In this document: piece after piece, positions 27,938 through 37,986 of the stretch | Layout of the letters: every line of letters starts with the position of its first letter | Numbering within the stretch: position 1 is the stretch's first letter | DNA from: Nitrososphaeria archaeon | Lineage (GTDB): Archaea > Thermoproteota > Nitrososphaeria > Nitrososphaerales > JANXEG01 | Assembly (NCBI GenBank): GCA_029775915.1 | Contig: JARVKA010000001.1 | Span: 28,781-92,780 of the forward strand | Length of the DNA stretch: 64,000 nt | Direction of reading: 5' to 3' | Translations under genes and position numbers: made by a program | Notes under the pieces: generated by a model | The model's input: only the letters and a program-made list of their open reading frames with translations | Told to the model about the DNA's origin: nothing | The model's database searches: none

Positions 27938-28477
27938 TTAACTTTTAGCATTTTCAGAGTGCATAACAATCGCCAAATATTCACTTTCTACCTTTAAAAC
28001 TTCATTCATATCTTTGCATTTAGCATAATCCTTTAAAATGTATTTATTTAAAGATAAAAATGTTGAGCCCCATTTGAATTTAGAAAGAATTTCATTAGCT
28101 TGCTCTTTAAAACCTGCAATAAATAAAGCGGCAGCTAAAGCTTCTGCAGAGCTTAAAATTGATAAATGGCCGTAATGTATAGGATTACCCGCCCATAGTA
28201 TTGGCAATCTTTTACTTATTCCTCTTTTCCAACCATTAAAAACCTCTTTACAATTTTTCCAAGAGCAATCTATAGCAACCAATCCCAATCTTAATAACTC
28301 ACGATCCATAGGTGAGAAAACATTATTAGTGTAGGGATTTAAAACTACACTGCCTTTTGGAATTTGTCTCACACTATATATTGGAATAGCGAGTTTGAAT
28401 CGAACCAATTTTAAAGATGTACATTTCCTTGGATCGTCTTGCTCTAATAAATAAATATAAAGCTTAACTTTATCCAA
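27938..28477 (-). CDS. tsr3: Tsr3-type SSU rRNA aminocarboxypropyltransferase (DUF367)
   Basis: 179 aa. The N-terminal EQDDPRKCTSLKL block and the AIDCSW block are typical of Tsr3. Confidence 0.75.
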   Translation of the reverse strand: MDKVKLYIYLLEQDDPRKCTSLKLVRFKLAIPIYSVRQIPKGSVVLNPYTNNVFSPMDRELLRLGLVAIDCSWKNCKEVFNGWKRGISKRLPILWAGNPIHYGHLSILSSAEALAAALFIAGFKEQANEILSKFKWGSTFLSLNKYILKDYAKCKDMNEVLKVESEYLAIVMHSENAKS

Positions 28478-28601
28478 ACATCTTCTTCAATTCCTATTAA
28501 TATATTTTCTTTTAAAAAGATTGTCGAAGTAATAATGAGTATAAGCAAAATTCATTGATACTTAATTTTATTTAATTCTTTAAACTCATTATTTTGATAA
28601 T

Positions 28602-29297
28602 TTAAGATAAATGTTTAAGCGTTTTGATTACCCAAGGCTCTTTAATTGTTACTATAATTCCTCTATTCAATATGTGCGCAACTATACCATACGATGGGAT
28701 AATTGATAGTAAAACATGAATCACATTGTAAATAGCAGTTATTATTAATGTAAGAATCAATTTATCAAAATTTGTTGAAAATGTTACCTTTAAAAACCCA
28801 CTAAGTGATTTAGCTGCGTACTCTAAAAAAGTTGGGAATAGAATCCAAATAACTATGTAATTGGCTAAAGTTGTAATTAATACTCTAACTACAATACTCA
28901 TTGAGAGAATTAAAGTTAAAAAGGTTATCATTTTCATAGTTGAAGTAAATTTGTTATACATTTTTATCCCTATCCACATACCAATAATTGTTGAAATTAC
29001 TGCTGCAAATTTCATTAAAGGCCCTATTGGAGCAAAAGAACCCACAATATTTAAAATAAGCCAATAAACTATGGATGATGTTAATCCGGGTATTGGACCA
29101 TAGAGTAAAAAAGCTATAATTACTGGAAGTTCAGCTAAATCAAACTTAAGATATGGTATTAAAGGAAAGGGAAAGCTGAGTGGTAGTATGGCCATTATCG
29201 CAGCTAATGCACCAAATATCGCTGATGCAGATAGAGTATATGGATTAGATTCACCTTTACTAAAAGATGTGCTTTTTGAATGGTTTTGAATACTCAT
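28602..29297 (-). CDS. Polytopic membrane protein, ECF-transporter S-component-like
   Basis: 231 aa, ~6 TM. KFDLAELPVIIAFLLYGPIPGL resembles the S-component core. No ECF A/T genes are nearby. Confidence 0.35.
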   Translation of the reverse strand: MSIQNHSKSTSFSKGESNPYTLSASAIFGALAAIMAILPLSFPFPLIPYLKFDLAELPVIIAFLLYGPIPGLTSSIVYWLILNIVGSFAPIGPLMKFAAVISTIIGMWIGIKMYNKFTSTMKMITFLTLILSMSIVVRVLITTLANYIVIWILFPTFLEYAAKSLSGFLKVTFSTNFDKLILTLIITAIYNVIHVLLSIIPSYGIVAHILNRGIIVTIKEPWVIKTLKHLS

Positions 29298-29497
29298 ACT
29301 GGCAAGAACATTTTTTAATAGCTATATAAATTTTTTGTAGATATTACCAAAATTATGGTATATTTGAAATATTTTCTATAAACCTTTACTAACCTCTCTT
29401 AAGGCTTTTAAAAAGTTAATCATCTATCCTTGCATAACCTTTAAAATATCTACATTAACCTCATAACAAACTGAGATTTCAACAAAATAACTTTTCT

Positions 29498-29911
29498 TTA
29501 CACAGCTAAAATACTCAGAATAAGAATAATGAGGACTAATGTGGTGATAATAACATACTTCTTATCCTCTTCGATCAAAAAGAGAATTATAGACATTCCA
29601 ACTCTTAAAATAGGTATGGCTATCAGCATTATGAGGCCAAGATCGATAATGGCAAATGGCTTTAGAGAAAACAGTCCATCTAATATTGTCTGCAGGTTTG
29701 TAGGATAGAATCTATGAGGAACCTTACTTTCATCATAGTAAAGAAGCTTAGTTATTTCAAAACCTGCACCGTAACCACTACGTTCAGTAAGAATCATCAA
29801 GATTAATCCTAGGGTGATAATAATTGCACTTGATACGACCCCCCATCGTAAAAGTAAGCTCAATATTACTTCTTTCCTGTTACCAACGTTTTCTTCTTTG
29901 TTACTATCCAA
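29498..29911 (-). CDS. DUF1634-like small membrane protein
   Basis: 137 aa, 3-4 TM. It begins 3 nt after the TauE stop, and this family is typically paired with TauE/SafE genes. Confidence 0.5.
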   Translation of the reverse strand: MDSNKEENVGNRKEVILSLLLRWGVVSSAIIITLGLILMILTERSGYGAGFEITKLLYYDESKVPHRFYPTNLQTILDGLFSLKPFAIIDLGLIMLIAIPILRVGMSIILFLIEEDKKYVIITTLVLIILILSILAV

Positions 29912-29913
29912 CT

Positions 29914-30753
29914 TTAGATCCCCACCGTTAAGCCTCGAATGATCATTTGAAGAGCTATCGCAATCAGAACCATCGCAAATATCTTTCTGATTAAGCTACT
30001 CCTAACCTTTGGAAGCCATCTTGCACCCAAAATGGCTCCCAACAAGACTCCGAGTGCTACAGGAGCAGCTATAAAAGGGTTAATATCTCCCCTCAAGAAG
30101 TAGATACCAGCACTAGCTGCTGCTGTAACACCGATCATGAAGTTGCTTGTTGCACTTGAAACTTTCATCGGCAAACGCATAGCTAAATCCATAGCTAAAA
30201 CCTTAAAAGGGCCACTACCTATGCCCAGTAACCCAGAAATCAAGCCTGCAATATACATCATCCCAAACCCTACAGGCGTTCTATCAGCTCTATATTCAAT
30301 ATCTCTTCCAATTGCTTCATCATAATATTGACCCTCTAAATTTAGAATTCTAGCCAAACGATCTCCAGCTACACCACTCAGAAACTCCTTTCCTATCCTC
30401 TTCACCAATTGTATAACGGAGAGAATCAAGACTATACCAAATATGATGAAAATTATTGAGGCTCGAATTAAAGTAGATACTACAGCTCCTGAAATAGCAC
30501 CTAAGGTTGTAGCTATCTCAAGAAACATTCCAACTCTGATATTTGTAATTCTCTCCTATGCTGAGGCCGCTCCGCTTGATGTGGCTATGACCGAAATTAT
30601 ACTTGCGCCTACGGCAAAATGGATGTTAATATGTAATAGTAACGTCAGAGCTGGTACAATTATTACACCTCCACCTAAGCCCAAAAGTGAACCGAGAAAA
30701 CCTGCTGCTATTGAAAATAGGAAGACAATGAGAAGAAAGATTATGGGATCCAT
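29914..30753 (-). pseudogene. TauE/SafE-family anion exporter interrupted by one in-frame TAG
   Basis: Track ORFs 30556-30753 (65 aa) and 29914-30528 (204 aa) share one frame (30753-30528 = 225 nt). The joint reads ...SSGAASA-TAG(30558-30556)-ERITNIRVGMFLEIATTLGA... Together they make a ~279-codon, 8-TM TauE-like protein with GLGGG/GxGxG motifs in both halves. Confidence 0.55.
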
Positions 30754-31110
30754 TCTTTAATCGTCTTAAATTAAGAGTTTATTTCTTTTTTATTAAGGTT
30801 TTGTTATGAGGTTTATTAACCTTCCTTCAAAAGTTAAAAAATCGCTTAAAGTGCTTTTTAACTGCATCCTTTATATGCTTGTTACTAGCTGCAGATGAAA
30901 TGAAATTTAATTATTTAACGCTTTTTCTTTTTATTAGCTTTAACTATTGATTACTTATGCTTTCTGATATTGAGTATGTTATAGCGTTAGGTTGATAGCT
31001 TAAAGCCTCTTATGCTTTTACTACGTTCATTCAAACGTTAAAACATATTAAGGGCGATTTATGTATTTAGAGCAAAGGTAATTAGCAAGTAATTTATTGG
31101 TTTATATAGC

Positions 31111-31227
31111 GGGCCCGTAGCTCAGCCAGGTAGAGCACCGGGCTTTTAACCAAGAATGGAAGCTACCCGGAGGTAAGAAGTAATTCTTACCGGGTAAGGG
31201 TCTCGGGTCCGAATCCCGACGGGCCCG
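31111..31227 (+). tRNA. tRNA-Lys (UUU) with two introns
   Basis: GGGCCCG-UA-GCUC-AGCCAGGUA-GAGC-A-CCGGG-CUUUUA[ACCAAGAAUGGAAGCU]A-CCCGG-AGG[27-nt insert UAAGAAGUAAUUCUUACCGGGUAAGGG]UC-UCGGG-UCCGAAU-CCCGA-CGGGCCC-G. It is 74 nt after removing the 16-nt canonical 37/38 intron and the 27-nt variable-loop insert. The insert contains the hairpin GUAAGAA/UUCUUAC. Confidence 0.85.
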
Positions 31228-31287
31228 CCTTAATTCTGATAAACAACGGGTATTTTTAAAGCCAAAAATATAAAATGTTATCGTAAG

Positions 31288-31926
31288 GTGTGTATTTTGG
31301 AAATCCCTGAGAAGATTCAACTCTTGGAAAAGCTTGAGGATAAAGCTATTTTCTGTTCTTTGGCTATGATGTCATATAATCCTTCAATCGGTCGGGTACT
31401 TAAGAAAGGTGGAGTCGACCAATTTATTCATATTTCATGGGAGGCTATTTGTAAAGTTCAGGATATTCAATCATGTGATGAGTTTGATAAGTGGCATGAC
31501 CAATTTGTAGAGAGAATAATGAGTACAATAGGAACAACCTCTAGAGGAGAAAAAATTTCTTATGGTCAAGCACAAAAACCTATCAATGTTTTCTTAAAAG
31601 TTTATATCGATTGGGCTGGATTGCCAAGACCACAAATTGCTATAAGATTACGTCCTTATCTTCATGTTCCACTTGATAGCGTGGTTATGAAATATATCAA
31701 ACAACACTTCCGCCAATATTATCATAAATTTAACCTTATAACTGTTCGTCTTTCTGAGATGAATCGAGAACAATACTATTCTTGGCAGAAATGTTTCAGA
31801 GAATTACATACTAAGAAACCATTAATAGTTGATGTATTTTGGGCTGTGAAGCGTTTTAATAAAGTTCTAAATGAAATTGTTTCGTCACAAACAGAAAAAA
31901 GAGCCTTAACGGAACTTTATCAGTAA
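31288..31926 (+). CDS. Hypothetical protein (orphan), next to tRNA-Lys
   Basis: 212-aa ORF (GTG start; ATG alternatives lie downstream). The composition is protein-like (…YGQAQKPINVFLKVYIDWAGLPRP…) but I recognise no motif. Confidence 0.4.
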   Translation: MCILEIPEKIQLLEKLEDKAIFCSLAMMSYNPSIGRVLKKGGVDQFIHISWEAICKVQDIQSCDEFDKWHDQFVERIMSTIGTTSRGEKISYGQAQKPINVFLKVYIDWAGLPRPQIAIRLRPYLHVPLDSVVMKYIKQHFRQYYHKFNLITVRLSEMNREQYYSWQKCFRELHTKKPLIVDVFWAVKRFNKVLNEIVSSQTEKRALTELYQ

Positions 31927-32072
31927 GCTTCATTCTTTTGCTCCCTCTTTTTGATTGTATGAGAAGAAGACTCGAATCTCAATAAAGAGGAAACCTAGAG
32001 AAATTGTAAGGGAAATAATCTCTCAATACATTCAAGCAAAGCCCAGAAGAATCTCTCTTAAGCTTTACTTAG

Positions 32073-32610
32073 GAAGATAAGCGTTCAACTATAAGCATAA
32101 ACGGAGATAACTTGAATCAAACTGTCGAGCATCCTCAAACTATAGATTTCACTTCTTTTGCTCATGGCGTTCTTGAAGCTTATGGAGATTTAGAAGGAAA
32201 TCACGGCTTTTCTGTATTTCGGTAAACCTCTTCCTATTTTTGATTCGTAATTTTTGCGTGGTTAAGTGAAATGCTACGTCTGCGATAAGAGGATTAGAAA
32301 AACCAAGCTTACTTTGGAGACAAAGGCGCTTCATTAGAAGGCAAGCCTTTATGTGAGACGTGCTATTATGAAGATGAACCTTGTGCCATAGTTCTTTACA
32401 GTAAAGATGATTCCATACATTATCAGCGGAACAAGAAATGAGACTAAAGGAGATTTCAGAGTTAAATGGTATAGCACAGATCCTTGGAGAGGTTATTACG
32501 AAACTAGTAGCGAGAGATATTCTTTGGTTAATACAACTGAACTATTGGCTTATCATGAAAGCGAGAAGATGCTTAAGCTCAGCAGGAAGAGTATATTACT
32601 TTATATCTAA
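32073..32610 (+). pseudogene. Decayed gene of unknown family (four in-frame stops plus a +1 frameshift)
   Basis: One frame reads EDKRSTISINGDNLNQTVEHPQTIDFTSFAHGVLEAYGDLEGNHGFSVFR*TSSYF*FVIFAWLSEMLRLR*ED*KNQAYFGDKGASLEGKPLCETCYYEDEPCAIVLYSKDD. It then continues in the +1 frame as IPYIISGTRNETKGDFRVKWYSTDPWRGYYETSSERYSLVNTTELLAYHESEKML. Confidence 0.3.
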
Positions 32611-32870
32611 AGTTAACAGAGCCTATTAATCTATAAGTATGCTTTTATAAGATAGTTATTAACATTTGAGCTATCAATTTAATTAGTGAAGTTTTAAGTT
32701 CATCATAAGGTCTAAGACCTTTCTCTAAGATATCTTAGTTTGTGAATAGCTATTTTATAATTCGATATATCTTTATTTCAATGAGCGTGATCCTAATAGG
32801 AATGTGTGTTTATGATCAATTCTATATTTTTGATCAAATCCACAATCTTTAATACTCTCAATAACGCTTT

Positions 32871-33293
32871 TTATCCAATCCAGTACCCAGAATCCCAAGC
32901 AATAACTCTTTTAATTGATATCTTTATAATCGCTGACTCACCTTCTTCAATTGGTGCTTGTTGTTTATATTGAGGATATTTCTCATACAATAACTTTCTT
33001 GCTTTATTAAACTCTTCTCCACTTTCTAATATAAAAGCTTCTCCTTGAATCATTAAACCCTTTAACTTCGACCAATCTTCCACATAACGGTCTATCACAA
33101 TAGATACATTCTTATTCCTCTTTATGTTAAATATTTTTCTTGAGTGTAAATCAGTACCTATTAAGATACTTTCACCATCATAAACATAACAAACTGGGAC
33201 TATATGAATAGAGTTATCTTTTGATATCGTTGCAAGCCTTCCTACACGCTCTTCTTTAAGGAGAGATTCTTGTTTTTCAGATAGCTTACTCAT
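32871..33293 (-). CDS. Pyridoxamine 5'-phosphate oxidase-family (FMN/F420 split-barrel) protein
   Basis: 140 aa. VGRLATISKDNSIHIVPVCYVYDGESILIGT is a typical PPOX-like N-terminal barrel. Confidence 0.6.
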   Translation of the reverse strand: MSKLSEKQESLLKEERVGRLATISKDNSIHIVPVCYVYDGESILIGTDLHSRKIFNIKRNKNVSIVIDRYVEDWSKLKGLMIQGEAFILESGEEFNKARKLLYEKYPQYKQQAPIEEGESAIIKISIKRVIAWDSGYWIG

Positions 33294-33746
33294 AAGTTAA
33301 AATAAGTATTGCTTGAATAAAAATTTTAAAAAAAGCCGAAATTTTGAGATTAATTTCTTTACTATAGGATTAATGCCTTCATTGATAATATTAACATGGT
33401 TTGTGCAAAATTAAGCTCTAAACAACTCGATTGGATGATTGTTAAGATAATAAAAATTGGAAAATCCCCACTGTTAAAAATTGTTTATTTGTTTGATTCA
33501 ATCTTACATCCCTAAAGTGAATAAAAACATAAATCGAAAAGAGAGCAATATTATTTATAGCTATAGACATGTAGTGTAGGAATTGCATTAGATTCAGTGT
33601 TAGACTTTTTAAAGAAAAATAAATTTTTCACTCATTAAACACTAATCATGAAGTGCAAGAATGGTAGTGATTATCATTTTATTATTGCTCTATTTTTGAT
33701 AACCACTCGATCGAAGAGTTCGCTCTAATAAGATATCCATAAACAA

Positions 33747-34793
33747 TTAAGATTCTATTTTACTCATTTTGCTTTGATTTCTATGAATTTCAATAGTTTT
33801 AATCGGCTTTTCTGGTATTAATCCTTCCGATTTATACAACAGTATTAAAATGAGAGCAATTCCTAATAGAAGCATATCTAACCAAACCACATCAAATGGT
33901 ACATAAATACCAAATATCTCTTTATAAAATATGATAAACTTTCTAACAGCTACAAATATGAATGTACCTAAAACTACACCTAAATTATTCGCAGCACCAC
34001 CAAGAATTACCATTACCCATGGCCAAAATGTCCAACTCACCCTTTGATAAGCTGTAGCTATAACATTACTGGTATAAAAAGCGTATAAAGCACCTCCTAA
34101 AGCAGCTATTGCTGATGAGAGAATAATTACTTTCATTCTAATTTTAATTACATCCTTGCCGAAAGCGAGAGCAGCATTTTCATTATCTCGAATAGCTCTA
34201 AGAAGCCTACCGAGTGGTGATTTGGTTAATAATTGTAAATAAATGAATACTAACAAAGCTATAAATAGCATAAAAATTGTGATTAATAAAAATCGATACT
34301 TACCAGCCCAAACGAATGGATCAGGTACGCTAACGCCCAAAGTTCCACCTACCAATTCAGGATAATTGTAGCCTATAATTAACATAACCTCACCAACAGC
34401 TAAAAAGGTCATAGCCAAATACTCTTCACGTAATCTTATTGCTGGATAAGATGCTAAAAAGCCGAGAATCGCTCCCAATACCATAGCTGAGAAAAGAGTT
34501 AAAATTAGTAATGATAAAGATAGTAAAAGATTGGTTTGAAGTGCATTATTTATCATTGTGATTATTTTAGCATTATTCTCTATATACTTTGAAGTATCTA
34601 AGCCTAAAATTTGAGCTGCCAATCTACCCGGCAAAAAACCTACGAGAAAAGCACCTCCAGCTACTGAGAGAGTTTTACCGAAGTTAGGTATACCACAAAA
34701 GCCATATTCAAGATTTAAACTTAAAGCTACTATCATGTATGGTGCGAATGTTGCTATTAAATCGATTAAAAATAAAGCTTCAATTTGCGCCAT
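33747..34793 (-). CDS. livM: Branched-chain amino acid ABC transporter permease (LivM-type)
   Basis: 348 aa, polytopic. LRAIRDNENAALAFGKDV block. Overlaps the upstream permease gene by 28 nt. Confidence 0.85.
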   Translation of the reverse strand: MAQIEALFLIDLIATFAPYMIVALSLNLEYGFCGIPNFGKTLSVAGGAFLVGFLPGRLAAQILGLDTSKYIENNAKIITMINNALQTNLLLSLSLLILTLFSAMVLGAILGFLASYPAIRLREEYLAMTFLAVGEVMLIIGYNYPELVGGTLGVSVPDPFVWAGKYRFLLITIFMLFIALLVFIYLQLLTKSPLGRLLRAIRDNENAALAFGKDVIKIRMKVIILSSAIAALGGALYAFYTSNVIATAYQRVSWTFWPWVMVILGGAANNLGVVLGTFIFVAVRKFIIFYKEIFGIYVPFDVVWLDMLLLGIALILILLYKSEGLIPEKPIKTIEIHRNQSKMSKIES

Positions 34794-35743
34794 AAATTAC
34801 CACTCTTTAAAAACTCAAAACTTAGCCCAGTAATACCACGTGGTATTAATAAAAGTGTGAGAGCCATGGCTAAAAGTGGTATAACAGGTCTATAAGGAAT
34901 AACCCATGTACCCATTAATGAGGCTAAATTTGCTGTACCTAAAACTTCAGCAAACCCAATAAGGTAACCACCAATCAATCCACCAAATATATGGAAGAGT
35001 CCTCCAGATATGCTAGCTGCAAATATACTAATTAACAAGAATGAGCCAGTATCTGGATTACCAATGAATGAGAGAGGTAGTAATCCTCCTGCTAATCCAG
35101 CTAAACCACCAGATAAAAACCAAGAGAATCGATATACGAGATCTGGATTAATACCTACAGATCCAGCTAATGATGGATTCTCTATTGTGGCTCTCATAGC
35201 GATTCCAAACTTCGTTTTTGTTAAAAAGATATACAATGTTAAACTTACGATAATTACAATCAATGGGGCTACGAAGAGTAAACCTTGTTGATTCGCAAAG
35301 CGAAAGTCTGAACCTCTTAAGAAAAAATATCTTGAAGTAATTTTGAATATCCTAGCAATATAATCTGCATAAATATTTAATGCTGCTAACAATATCAATT
35401 CAAAAGCTATTGTAGCTACCATGAGTGTGATAACAGAGGCTCCTCTTTTAGATAAAGGCTTTAAGACTAAGATATATTGAAGTAAGGCTATGAATCCACT
35501 AAGAAGAAATGCGAATGGTAAGCTGTAATAAACATTTATTAGAAATACTTTATCAAATGTTAAAGAGACATAAATTCCTAAAGTGGCTAAACTTCCATGA
35601 CAAAAATTAGGAACTTTTGTTGTAAGAAAGGTTAAAGTCAAACCTAAACTCAATAAAGTAAGTAAACTGGAGAATATAATTGCATCTCTATATAGTGGTT
35701 CTAAAAGCATTAAAACAAATAAGGAGAAGGGGTAATAAAACAT
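34766..35743 (-). CDS. livH: Branched-chain amino acid ABC transporter permease (LivH-type)
   Basis: 325 aa, polytopic. FGIAMRATIENPSLAGSVGINPD block. Confidence 0.85.
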   Translation of the reverse strand: MFYYPFSLFVLMLLEPLYRDAIIFSSLLTLLSLGLTLTFLTTKVPNFCHGSLATLGIYVSLTFDKVFLINVYYSLPFAFLLSGFIALLQYILVLKPLSKRGASVITLMVATIAFELILLAALNIYADYIARIFKITSRYFFLRGSDFRFANQQGLLFVAPLIVIIVSLTLYIFLTKTKFGIAMRATIENPSLAGSVGINPDLVYRFSWFLSGGLAGLAGGLLPLSFIGNPDTGSFLLISIFAASISGGLFHIFGGLIGGYLIGFAEVLGTANLASLMGTWVIPYRPVIPLLAMALTLLLIPRGITGLSFEFLKSGNLWRKLKLYF

Positions 35744-35922
35744 TTTATTGCTAAGTTTCGTATGATAAAATATAAATTTTAATAGTTACCCATTATCATT
35801 TTAAAATTAATAAGGCTTTAAATTAGTTAAGTGTTAAAATTTCAATATATTTTATGAATTCAATCACGTTTAAAGGATAATATTTTTATAGTAACGATTC
35901 ATATCCTTTAAGAAGATGTAAT

Positions 35923-37200
35923 ATGAGTAAGAGTAAGGGTTTAGCAACAAGCTTAGCCGTTATTAGTGTAATTATAGCTTTGATAATCGGTGGTGTAATT
36001 GGTTACTTTGCATCTCCAGCTAAGATTGTTGAAAAGCCAGTACCCACACTATCAGGAGAGATACCTATAGGAATTGTGCTCCCATTAACAGGAGGTTTAG
36101 CAACATACGCTGAAAATGAGAAAGTTACTTTGGAGAAAGGTTTAGAGGAGATAAATAGCCTTTTAAAACAAACTGGTGCTCCACTAACGATTAAATTATT
36201 AATAGAGGATAGTGAAACAAAGCCTGATGTAGCACTTGAGAAGTTGAAGAGTTTAGCTGCTAAGGGTGTGAAAGTAGTTATAGGCATGATGTCGAGTGGT
36301 GAGGTTAGAAATGTTAAAGGCTATGCAGATGCAAATAAAATACTTATAATCAGCCCTTCTTCAACCGCACCAGCTTTAGCTATACCTGATGATTATATAT
36401 TCAGATTTTGCCCCGATGATACAAAACAAGGGCCAGCGATGGCTAAAACTATTCGTGTTAGTGGTGTTGAATACATAATCCCCGTATGGAGAGGAGATGC
36501 TTGGGGAGATGGATTGGTAGATGCAACTTCAAAGAGGTTTAAAGAGTTAGGTGGAACAATTCTTGAAGGTATTAGATACGCACCAGAAGCGAAAGAATTT
36601 TCTGCTGAAGTTAAAGTTCTTGCATCAAGAGTTGATGAAGCTGTTAAGAAATGGGGTGGTGAGAAAGTTGGTGTTTATTTAGTAGCATTTGAAGAAGCGG
36701 TTACTTTACTTACTCAAGCTAATGATTATCCAATTTTATCAAAAGTTAGATGGTTTGGGAGTGATGGGACTGCTCTTTCAGACCGTTTAGAAAAGGATCC
36801 AACTGCATCAAAATTCTCTGTAGCTACGAAATTCGTAAATACATACTTTGCACCAGCTGAATCGGATAAACTTATGAAATTAAGAGATTACGTAGAAAAG
36901 AGACTTGGAAGAAAACCAGATCCTTATGCCTATAATGCTTACGATGCTCTTTGGGTGGTAGTTCAAAGCATACTCATAGCTGGTAAGTATGATGCAGAGG
37001 CGATTAAAGCTGTATTACCAACTGTAGCTGGTAATACATTTGGTGCGAGTGGTTGGATTAAACTCAATCAAGCTGGAGATAGAGAGACCGCTGATTATGA
37101 TTTATGGGCAATTATTATGAAAGATGGTACACCTAAGTGGGAAAAGGTAGGTTATTATAGTGCAACAACCGATAGTGTAACGTGGCTCGTTAAGTATTAA
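35923..37200 (+). CDS. ABC transporter substrate-binding protein (Leu/Ile/Val-binding type I PBP), membrane-anchored
   Basis: 425 aa. N-terminal anchor LATSLAVISVIIALIIGGVIGYF followed by a type-I PBP-sized domain. It is divergent from livHM and upstream of livGF. Confidence 0.8.
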   Translation: MSKSKGLATSLAVISVIIALIIGGVIGYFASPAKIVEKPVPTLSGEIPIGIVLPLTGGLATYAENEKVTLEKGLEEINSLLKQTGAPLTIKLLIEDSETKPDVALEKLKSLAAKGVKVVIGMMSSGEVRNVKGYADANKILIISPSSTAPALAIPDDYIFRFCPDDTKQGPAMAKTIRVSGVEYIIPVWRGDAWGDGLVDATSKRFKELGGTILEGIRYAPEAKEFSAEVKVLASRVDEAVKKWGGEKVGVYLVAFEEAVTLLTQANDYPILSKVRWFGSDGTALSDRLEKDPTASKFSVATKFVNTYFAPAESDKLMKLRDYVEKRLGRKPDPYAYNAYDALWVVVQSILIAGKYDAEAIKAVLPTVAGNTFGASGWIKLNQAGDRETADYDLWAIIMKDGTPKWEKVGYYSATTDSVTWLVKY

Positions 37201-37224
37201 AACCAACCCCAATTTTTTTGTAAT

Positions 37225-37986
37225 ATGGAGAGCAACAGCATATTAATTTTAAGGGAAGTAAGAAAGAGATTCGGAGGATTTACTGTAGTTGATGGTGTAG
37301 ATATGGATATAATTAAGGGTAAGCTTACAATGTTAATAGGTCCAAATGGTAGTGGTAAAACCACTTTAATAAATATCATATCTGGTTTTTATAAAGCTGA
37401 TGAAGGGTATATTAATTTCAATGGTAAGGATATCACGAATATGCCTCCAAATTATATTGCGAAACTCGGATTGGTAAGAACTTTTCAAATTCCATCACCA
37501 TTTTTGAAATTATCAGTTTTGGAGAATTTATTGGTAGCTTCCTCAAACCCTGGTGAAGAATTCTTCAAAGCACCGATACGTAAATTTTGGATTAATAAAG
37601 AGCAAGATGATGTTGAAAAAGCATTTAAAATCTTAGAGTTATTAGAAATGGATCACCTTTATGATAAACCCTCTTACACTTTAAGTGGAGGGCAATTAAA
37701 ACTTTTAGAGATTGGACGAGCACTCATGTTTGGTGCTAAAATTATATTAATGGATGAACCAGCTTCAGGTGTAAATCCAACTTTGGCTCATAAAATATTC
37801 TCTCATATGGTTAATATTAAGGAAAGATTAGGGATTACTTTTTTCGTTATAGAGCACAGACTTGAAATAGCTTTGCAACACGTTGATGAAGTTTATGCTA
37901 TGATTCAAGGAAAAATCGTTTCTCATGGATCTGGTGATAAAGTCTTAAGAGACCCTAAGGTAATAGAAGGATACTTAGGTGAGTGA
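37225..37986 (+). CDS. livG: ABC transporter ATP-binding protein (LivG-type)
   Basis: 253 aa. Walker A GPNGSGKTT, signature LSGGQLKLLEIGRAL, Walker B ILMDEP. Confidence 0.9.
   Translation: MESNSILILREVRKRFGGFTVVDGVDMDIIKGKLTMLIGPNGSGKTTLINIISGFYKADEGYINFNGKDITNMPPNYIAKLGLVRTFQIPSPFLKLSVLENLLVASSNPGEEFFKAPIRKFWINKEQDDVEKAFKILELLEMDHLYDKPSYTLSGGQLKLLEIGRALMFGAKIILMDEPASGVNPTLAHKIFSHMVNIKERLGITFFVIEHRLEIALQHVDEVYAMIQGKIVSHGSGDKVLRDPKVIEGYLGE

Noticed and set aside
30556-30558. The in-frame TAG as pyrrolysine or another recoding event
   Set aside because: TAG terminates other good genes in the window (for example ilvB at 48917-48919 and ORF 39291-39650). TauE is not a Pyl protein family, and no pyl genes or methylamine methyltransferases are visible.
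31102-31320. 72-aa - strand ORF
   Set aside because: It is antisense to tRNA-Lys and its introns, so it is an artefact.
32149-32629. Small track ORFs 32149-32334 (-), 32407-32610 (+) and 32438-32629 (+) as independent genes
   Set aside because: They are better explained as fragments or shadows of one decayed + strand gene (see the pseudogene at 32073-32610). None has a motif or a convincing start context.
31228-33750. Search for an attachment-site repeat of the tRNA-Lys 3' end (GAATCCCGACGGGCCCG) or an integrase, to delimit an integrated element
   Set aside because: I found by eye neither a second copy of the tRNA 3' segment nor an integrase-like ORF. No mobile_element feature is therefore claimed.
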